In this document: one piece after another, positions 58,718 through 64,000 of the stretch
Layout of the letters: every line of letters starts with the position of its first letter
Numbering within the stretch: the stretch's first letter is position 1
DNA from: a virus
Taxonomy: Duplodnaviria > Caudoviricetes
Virus record (IMG/VR): IMGVR_UViG_3300021399_000118
Span: 32,001-96,000 of that record
Length of the DNA: 64,000 nt
Strand: one strand, 5' to 3'
Position numbers and translations under genes: made by a program
Notes under the pieces: generated by a model
What the model saw: only the letters and a program-made list of their open reading frames with translations
Database searches by the model: none
What the model was told of the DNA's origin: nothing

Positions 58718-58908
58718 ATGCGGGTAGGGATTTGCACCCTACATAACAGACTGTGTACCGTTCGGCTGCTCCGTCTGCCTCGTGTTCGGCTCTGCCTAGC
58801 GTCTACTTTAGCCGTGACCTGCGCCCCTGTAGTCAGGTGTACTTGGATGAGAGTCACGCCCTTATCTACTCTCCGCAGGAATGATGGCAATCTATTCCGC
58901 CACCGCAT
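58718..58908 (-). ncRNA. tRNA-like RNA B (191 nt, ~80-nt structured insert in the D-loop)
   Basis: Same ends as element A with a compensatory T-stem change (GTAGGG/CCCTAC); lies between two CDS. Confidence 0.65.
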
Positions 58909-58912
58909 TAAG

Positions 58913-59116
58913 TTATTCATACCATTCACACCCGTCACAATCGTGAGTGCAACAGGGTTTCTTGTTGTTCTTTGTGTAGTACGTACAGAACTTCTTTTCT
59001 TCTCCGATCAGGGCCTCAATCGCCATATTCAGCGCTTTTCTGTACGTTCCGTTCAGATAGTCATGATGCAGCCTCATGTCGTTGCGGATCATGTCTGCCG
59101 CTTCCTGTTTTGTCAT
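58913..59116 (-). CDS. Small protein with Cys-rich C-terminus
   Basis: MTKQEA...ALNMAIEAL; RBS GGAGG. Confidence 0.65.
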   Translation of the reverse strand: MTKQEAADMIRNDMRLHHDYLNGTYRKALNMAIEALIGEEKKFCTYYTKNNKKPCCTHDCDGCEWYE

Positions 59117-59126
59117 TTGCAGCCTC

Positions 59127-59354
59127 CTATATGTTTAGAATTCCATATCCAAGCAGGAAGGTAAAACCTGCAAATAGCGCTGTTGCAACAAGAAGCGTGA
59201 GGCCGCCGAGCATCAGCCGCCAATTTCCTTTCGCTCCGTCCCGGAAATAACAAAACGACATCCAAAGCCCAAAGGCGCAGGCGGCTGAATAAAAAATGAT
59301 GATTGCCCAGGCCAATATCTTGATTAGAGTCAGTGCGAACTCTTCGAAAATCAT
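59127..59354 (-). CDS. Two-TM membrane protein
   Basis: Two hydrophobic helices; ATGA overlap with the upstream gene. Confidence 0.55.
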   Translation of the reverse strand: MIFEEFALTLIKILAWAIIIFYSAACAFGLWMSFCYFRDGAKGNWRLMLGGLTLLVATALFAGFTFLLGYGILNI

Positions 59355-59683
59355 GCTTCTGCTCCTTCATCGTGATCTTCTTCAAGCCAGGAGATCATAT
59401 ACATTCTTGTGTCTGTGCACATTTTTCCTTTTGTGTACTCCACTTCCTTCAGTTTGTCGTAGAACTCCTGCTCTGAAAGTGTAGCCAGCCAGTCTTTGTT
59501 TTTCATTGGCTTTGCCTCGTCATTCCACCAATGCGGACAGCGGGGAAAGTATCTTGAAGCGCAGCTTTCCAAACATTTCTGATAACCGCAGGAGCCCAGC
59601 CAACAGTTCGTCCCTGGCAGGACTTCGCACAGAATGGAGCCGTCAAAGCCGAAGGTCTTTATAAATCTCTCTTTGTTTGTCAT
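59351..59683 (-). CDS. Hypothetical protein (MTNKERFIKTFG...)
   Basis: RBS AAGGAG; Cys cluster. Confidence 0.65.
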   Translation of the reverse strand: MTNKERFIKTFGFDGSILCEVLPGTNCWLGSCGYQKCLESCASRYFPRCPHWWNDEAKPMKNKDWLATLSEQEFYDKLKEVEYTKGKMCTDTRMYMISWLEEDHDEGAEA

Positions 59684-59700
59684 CGCTGTCTCCTTTTGAG

Positions 59701-60213
59701 TCAGAAGGGTAATTCGTCAGCTTCGACAGGGACAAATGGCTTGGTTTTATATCCGCCGTCATTAAATTTAATCAGATTCATATTAGCCCAAGCATAAATC
59801 CATCTTCTGATGTCAGACTTTTCGTAATCATTTTTGTCGGAAGCATCACTATCCTCTCTGAAAAACGAAGTTCCAACAATTTGATCGCATAGTGCAATGT
59901 TTTCAGAAAGAATCGTCCATGTATATCCTGCTATCTCTACTTTATTACTTCTCTTTAATCCTGCAGATCCAAAGGACCCGATTAAAGCAGGCCGAACTCC
60001 TCCCTCGGCGCTATGCGGCCTATTATATTCGAGAGTCGCATACAAAGTAACATAATATTGGCCGTTTTCTTCAGAGCGCAGCCACCACCATCTATTTGAT
60101 TTGTGGATTATTTCTTCATGTTTTAAATACTCTTCTATCGAAAGAAGAGTGATGTCAGTTAGATTTAAACTAATATGCTTCTTTTTACGAAAGAAGAGCT
60201 GTTTTGCATCCAT
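59701..60213 (-). CDS. DUF6273-like protein
   Basis: ITLLSIEEY, WWWLRS, GVRPAL and NDYEKSDIR; acidic ELPF tail. Confidence 0.7.
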   Translation of the reverse strand: MDAKQLFFRKKKHISLNLTDITLLSIEEYLKHEEIIHKSNRWWWLRSEENGQYYVTLYATLEYNRPHSAEGGVRPALIGSFGSAGLKRSNKVEIAGYTWTILSENIALCDQIVGTSFFREDSDASDKNDYEKSDIRRWIYAWANMNLIKFNDGGYKTKPFVPVEADELPF

Positions 60214-60232
60214 TTGAACCGTTCCTCCAAAG

Positions 60233-60796
60233 CTATATTCCGTCTATTTTTGAAACCAACATATCCGCCTGATGAGTCCAAAGTACGTTGGGATATTTGC
60301 GAATCGCCCGATCAAAGCCCTTCCAGTCATTGGTTTCGTAGGCTCCCATGTGATACCGTATGCAGAGAACCTCTTCCTCTGTCAGAGACATATACTGGGA
60401 CAGAATCATAATTGATTTGGTTCCGTGTCCCTCCAGCAGAAGATCTTCATTGCGCTCATACTTCTTTGGCTCTTCGCCTTTGAGCGCTGCCATCGTATCG
60501 AAAGGGATCTCGATATACTGGTCGCACTTGCAGAGATCATGGAACATCCCCACAACGAACGGGCTGCAGTCTCTCTTCCAGGTAAGATGATTATCCAAGG
60601 TTATGTCTGCCAGCCGGGTGTATACGGTAAGGGAGTGATCAAAGAGGCCTCCCTCGTAGGCTCCGTGGAATCTTGTGGAAGCCGGAGCCGTAAAGAAGCC
60701 AAGCTCCTCAAGCTGGTCGGCGGAAACGGTAACTTCCGGATATTTCAATTTAATCTTGTCATACAGTTCCTTGCGGTATTTCAGCGTCATCGGCAT
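60233..60796 (-). CDS. HD-domain phosphohydrolase
   Basis: FFTAPAS..FHG...GGL..HS; FHDLCK; GHG.KS; IRYHMG; H.AD. Confidence 0.88.
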   Translation of the reverse strand: MPMTLKYRKELYDKIKLKYPEVTVSADQLEELGFFTAPASTRFHGAYEGGLFDHSLTVYTRLADITLDNHLTWKRDCSPFVVGMFHDLCKCDQYIEIPFDTMAALKGEEPKKYERNEDLLLEGHGTKSIMILSQYMSLTEEEVLCIRYHMGAYETNDWKGFDRAIRKYPNVLWTHQADMLVSKIDGI

Positions 60797-60953
60797 GATT
60801 TGTATTCTCCTTTGTAATTCTGTTCAGCGGGCAGAGATCTTTAAGAAATTCCCGGGTTGTCCAGCTATGTAATCCAAAGCCGCTGATGTTGATTTTATTG
60901 CGAATGCAGTTGATTACTTCACACTCGTCCGCGCAGTACGCTAAGTCATTCAT
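60759..60953 (-). CDS. Small Cys-containing protein
   Basis: DLAYC...C....C.RN. Confidence 0.5.
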   Translation of the reverse strand: MNDLAYCADECEVINCIRNKINISGFGLHSWTTREFLKDLCPLNRITKENTNHADDAEIPQGTV

Positions 60954-61206
60954 GTTCTTCTCCTGTCCGGATCAGAAGTACGTTGCGCTCGTTTGTGGCG
61001 TATTCTGTTCCATCCTGTGAAGTGATGACAATCCAGCCGCTGGAAATCCGCTGATATTCTGCAACCTGGAACACCAGTTTCTGTCCGTTTCCGTAAGAAA
61101 GCACACAGCTTACGGGGCTCTGAGGCTCTTGTTCAATCTTCGGTGCACAACCGACAAGAAGAACCATACTGAATAAAATCAAAAGAATAAAAGCTAACTT
61201 CTTCAT
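60946..61206 (-). CDS. Lipoprotein; start reassigned to MKKLAF
   Basis: Signal peptide with lipobox LLVG-C. Confidence 0.7.
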   Translation of the reverse strand: MKKLAFILLILFSMVLLVGCAPKIEQEPQSPVSCVLSYGNGQKLVFQVAEYQRISSGWIVITSQDGTEYATNERNVLLIRTGEEHE

Positions 61207-61216
61207 ATTCGTCCTT

Positions 61217-61711
61217 TCAGCCTCCCCAATCCTCAAAAGCGTAGGGGCAGGCGATATCTGAATTATAATCATCCAGAGGAACGATGGTTTCCAGCAGCTT
61301 ATACAGCTTGCATTTCCGACATTCCTCCCCGTCCAGGGTGCAGAATTTGCACTTTTCCCGGGCGCAGTCAATCATCTCGGTCATATCCTGTTTCTGGACC
61401 GCGATGGAGGAGCTTTCCGGCGTCATCTTTGGGACCAGCCGGATTTCGTAATCCATGGCGCTGTTCCGAAGAGCTTTGCGCTGCTTGTCGGAAACTGTTC
61501 CAAGGAGATCCTTGAAGAGGCTGTTGATGCCGCCGAGAACCATGTTCATTCTGGATTTTCCGTTGGGGATAATGCCAAGTCTTCTGCTTAAATCCTCTTT
61601 CGCGTAGGTCACTTCGCTTGCCAGCACCAGGACCAGCCGCAGAGAGGCCATCTCATTTCTTGTGAGGCGTTCACACTGATCCTCCGGCAGTTCAAACGCT
61701 TGCTTTGCCAT
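61217..61711 (-). CDS. Conserved phage protein with C-terminal Cys cluster
   Basis: C.FC......C.KC.L.... Confidence 0.65.
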   Translation of the reverse strand: MAKQAFELPEDQCERLTRNEMASLRLVLVLASEVTYAKEDLSRRLGIIPNGKSRMNMVLGGINSLFKDLLGTVSDKQRKALRNSAMDYEIRLVPKMTPESSSIAVQKQDMTEMIDCAREKCKFCTLDGEECRKCKLYKLLETIVPLDDYNSDIACPYAFEDWGG

Positions 61712-62111
61712 ATTTCACATACCTTCTCTTGTGCTCGTCGATCCAGTCGGCGGCCTGTCCCCTCGTTCTGCCCTTGAAGGGAGGGATCTTCAGATCCTCC
61801 CGGATGGCAGCAATATAAGCCCATTGGCTTTTCGTAACCGGCTCGGATCTCCAGGCTTCTCCGGAAACTTCTTTCATTTCTTTCTCCACTTCCTGGCCGA
61901 CCAGCCGAACGTGCCTGATCTTTCTTTCCTCGGCTGTCACCGGATCTCTGTCGAACAAGGGACAGGCATTTACCTGATAGGTAACGCCTTCGGGCTTTAC
62001 GATTCTTTCCGCATCCCAGCCTTTCACCGGAGTGAAATTGGCAGACCAGGAGCAGGCCCCTATTGCGTTGGTGCAATCCCAACACAGGGTTTGCTTATAT
62101 ATCATTGCCAT
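61692..62111 (-). CDS. Cys-rich protein (TLCWDC..A.G.CSW) with a C-terminal domain shared with 55249-55443
   Basis: Start reassigned to MAMIYK; motif-level similarity. Confidence 0.6.
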   Translation of the reverse strand: MAMIYKQTLCWDCTNAIGACSWSANFTPVKGWDAERIVKPEGVTYQVNACPLFDRDPVTAEERKIRHVRLVGQEVEKEMKEVSGEAWRSEPVTKSQWAYIAAIREDLKIPPFKGRTRGQAADWIDEHKRRYVKYGKASV

Positions 62112-62112
62112 G

Positions 62113-62382
62113 TTACAGATAACTCTTTCCGAAGAGCTTTCGAAACTCTTCTCTCGTATGTGTTTCCTCGAATTTACGCTGACACACTTCCTGCAGATAA
62201 CGGTCCAGGTTTTTGTCCTGGTCGTGTAACCGCATATGGATATCGTGCCGGAGCCAGACCCAGCAGCCGTACTTATCCGCAATCTTCCGGTTCGCGGTGC
62301 CGTGATAGATGTGGTGGCGGTCGAGCTGCGTTTCGCTGCCGGTAATAAAGCATTTTTTCTCAGACTGGAGTATTGAATCCAT
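62113..62382 (-). CDS. HNH-like phage nuclease (Ref/NinG-like)
   Basis: SILQ...CFITG...L.RHHIY.G..NR......G.WV.L...H; F...FGKSYL. Confidence 0.7.
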   Translation of the reverse strand: MDSILQSEKKCFITGSETQLDRHHIYHGTANRKIADKYGCWVWLRHDIHMRLHDQDKNLDRYLQEVCQRKFEETHTREEFRKLFGKSYL

Positions 62383-62386
62383 ACGC

Positions 62387-62773
62387 TTACCACACAATCC
62401 AGTTGTAGTCGTATTCCTTCTGATAGCCGGACTTAGAAGGAGCACAAACGGATTCAAGATCTTCCTCGATCTTTACGTTTTTGTATCTGGCACGGATTTT
62501 GTTGTTTGTTTCTGACTTTGCATATTTCCGGCGACCGGAAAGATAGAATCTCTGCCAGTAATAGTACCCGCCATTTCTGGGGTCAGGGTTCATGTCCCAT
62601 TCGAGCCATTCGTCGTACCGCCTTTTGCACTCTTCCTCGGACACATAGCCGTAGGTTTTAGTATAGGCTTTCTTCATCATCTTCTTGTGGTGAAGCTTCC
62701 TCTCGCGGCGATTCATTCTCATTCGTATCCACTTCCTTCTTCTTTCTTCCCCAGATCTCCAGAGATTTCTCAA
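62387..62773 (-). CDS. Basic hypothetical protein; start probably at ~62716
   Basis: MNRRER-type start. Confidence 0.5.
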   Translation of the reverse strand: MRNLWRSGEERRRKWIRMRMNRRERKLHHKKMMKKAYTKTYGYVSEEECKRRYDEWLEWDMNPDPRNGGYYYWQRFYLSGRRKYAKSETNNKIRARYKNVKIEEDLESVCAPSKSGYQKEYDYNWIVW

Positions 62774-63263
62774 TCTCCTGCTGGGTTGGAGTAGGAATAC
62801 CGAGCGCCGTGGCGTCCTGAATCAGGGAATCAATCAAGGCGCTCATCTGCTTTGAGTCGTAAACAGAGCTGCCGTAGTAGAGCGTCACATTGGTACAGCC
62901 CCGAAGCCGGGAGGGAGACAGCTCAACCTGCCATCCCTGTCCATGCTCCGTCCATCCATTTGTCAGCTTTTCCACGGCATAATCCCGAACACAAACAACA
63001 TCCGAGACACCGCCGATGTCCCGGATTGCGTTTTTGTACACTTCGGATTTCTTAAGATTTGTTTTTTCGGCAATTTTGTCGATGATATACCAGCACAGGG
63101 CATTGGCATCCAGGGACCTTCTCTTCGAGAGCTTCTTGATTTCCACGGAGACGTCCTTCCCCTGCAGTTCGTCGAAGAGTTCCCCGACATTGGTGTTAAA
63201 AGTAATTCTAAGGTCCTGAGAGCCGTCCAGATTCAGGGAGATATCCTTCAGCCTTCCTGTCAT
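62658..63263 (-). CDS. NinB/Orf-like recombination accessory protein
   Basis: KRRSLDANA..W...KIA; GSS.YDSKQMS.LID..IQDA..LGIPT. Confidence 0.8.
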   Translation of the reverse strand: MTGRLKDISLNLDGSQDLRITFNTNVGELFDELQGKDVSVEIKKLSKRRSLDANALCWYIIDKIAEKTNLKKSEVYKNAIRDIGGVSDVVCVRDYAVEKLTNGWTEHGQGWQVELSPSRLRGCTNVTLYYGSSVYDSKQMSALIDSLIQDATALGIPTPTQQEIEKSLEIWGRKKKEVDTNENESPREEASPQEDDEESLY

Positions 63264-63556
63264 TCAGCATCCCCCTTTGTAAGAATGTTCACAAACTCCT
63301 CTTCCGTCAGCGGCACAACCAGGAGATTCTGAATGGACTTATAGAATCTTTTCGCCATTTTCTCCATTTCTATTTTTATAATATCTTCACACATGCTGAG
63401 AATTTCAGACTTTGTATCTGGTCTCCGTATCGTCGCCGTATCCGTTTTCCATTCCAGATACGGGTCCCAGCCGAGAGTTGTGCCATTTGTCCAATGATAA
63501 TTGTTTGTTGTTGTGGTTGTATAAACTCCGGCTGTTCCGTCAATATGGGTTGGCAT
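63260..63556 (-). CDS. Hypothetical protein
   Basis: RBS GGAG; coupled to the NinB-like gene. Confidence 0.55.
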   Translation of the reverse strand: MPTHIDGTAGVYTTTTTNNYHWTNGTTLGWDPYLEWKTDTATIRRPDTKSEILSMCEDIIKIEMEKMAKRFYKSIQNLLVVPLTEEEFVNILTKGDAE

Positions 63557-63558
63557 TG

Positions 63559-63798
63559 TTACAGTTCTCCTTCACTGTCCGCCAGGTTGTTGTCGACAGA
63601 AACCACGCTGTAGTTTTCTTTCTTTGTCCAGAGCGGAAGAATATCTGTCAGCCGGTTGCCGACAAGCTTATACTTCCCTCCGTCGGTTGTGTGGAGCATG
63701 GTTCCATCTATCATTTTTACATAGCTAACCCGGATAATGCTTTCCAGCGGAATCAGATGCACATTTCCGGAGCTTTCGTTGATCCTGAGGATTGTCAT
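63559..63798 (-). CDS. Hypothetical protein; start at MTILRIN
   Basis: RBS GAGGAGG upstream of ATG 63798. Confidence 0.5.
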   Translation of the reverse strand: MTILRINESSGNVHLIPLESIIRVSYVKMIDGTMLHTTDGGKYKLVGNRLTDILPLWTKKENYSVVSVDNNLADSEGEL

Positions 63799-63916
63799 GT
63801 TTTCCTCCTCTCGGTTCAAAGCATGAATGGCATTCCCTTGCGTCGCATTCACAGTGCCATTTTTTGCAATAGTCGTAATACCATTCATAGCATTCGCAGT
63901 TGTCGCAGTTCTTCAT
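63725..63916 (-). CDS. Small Cys-rich protein
   Basis: C..C.........C..W......C..FEP pattern. Confidence 0.45.
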   Translation of the reverse strand: MKNCDNCECYEWYYDYCKKWHCECDARECHSCFEPRGGKHDNPQDQRKLRKCASDSAGKHYPG

Positions 63917-63925
63917 TGTTTATGG

Positions 63926-63956
63926 AAAAGGGAGCCGCTTAAGCGCGGCTCCCCTT
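63926..63956 (-). terminator. Hairpin/terminator
   Basis: GGGAGCCGC..GCGGCTCCC with a TTTT tract on the minus strand. Confidence 0.55.
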
Positions 63957-64000
63957 GAAGATGTCGATGGTTTTGCAGATGGTATCAATCTGATCCTTCA

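Noticed and set aside
57887-58908. Twister-sister ribozyme, suggested by the GGTGCAAATCC hairpin
   Set aside because: The conserved internal loop around the cleavage site is absent; the flanks instead form tRNA-like acceptor and D arms
58699-58938. N-terminal extension of ORF 58516-58938 and the opposite-strand ORF 58718-59164
   Set aside because: A strong RBS precedes ATG 58698; the extension overlaps tRNA-like RNA B and looks non-coding
60269-60305. Hammerhead-like CTGATGAG on the + strand
   Set aside because: No stem II followed by GAAA; it is the antisense of the HD gene's THQAD codons
1-64000. Stop-codon reassignment with a suppressor tRNA
   Set aside because: Genes are intact in the standard code and the tRNA loop CTTATAA reads anticodon UAU at positions 34-36, not UUA

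Overview
A 64-kb segment of a large temperate siphovirus-like phage, probably infecting a Firmicute (Clostridia-like RBS and sigma-A signals). An attP-like site inside continuous phage sequence suggests the excised form. The + strand carries a giant 5450-aa tape measure protein (TMP), Dit, Tal/hub, a long tail fibre/adhesin block and a lysis module (NlpC/P60 endolysin plus holins). The - strand carries a tyrosine integrase beside the attP (3' half of tRNA-Val(GAC)), an RNA ligase, many small accessory genes, tRNA-Ile(UAU), tRNA-Trp(CCA), two non-canonical tRNA-like RNAs, an HD protein and NinB-like/HNH-like genes. The main finding is that the N-terminal ~1250 aa of the TMP carry, in order, the motifs of a single-subunit two-barrel RNA polymerase of the YonO/QDE-1 type (DG..IS, FQ.R...K, S..K, RNP, DxDGD). 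This suggests a virion RNA polymerase delivered as part of the tape measure protein. Secondary findings are tRNA-like RNAs with a 6/6 acceptor/T fold and structured inserts, a long-range RNA pairing that may select between two adhesin cassettes, head-to-tail docking motifs among tail proteins, and a small-gene array with repeated junction sequences. All calls are from reading motifs by eye; no searches were run.
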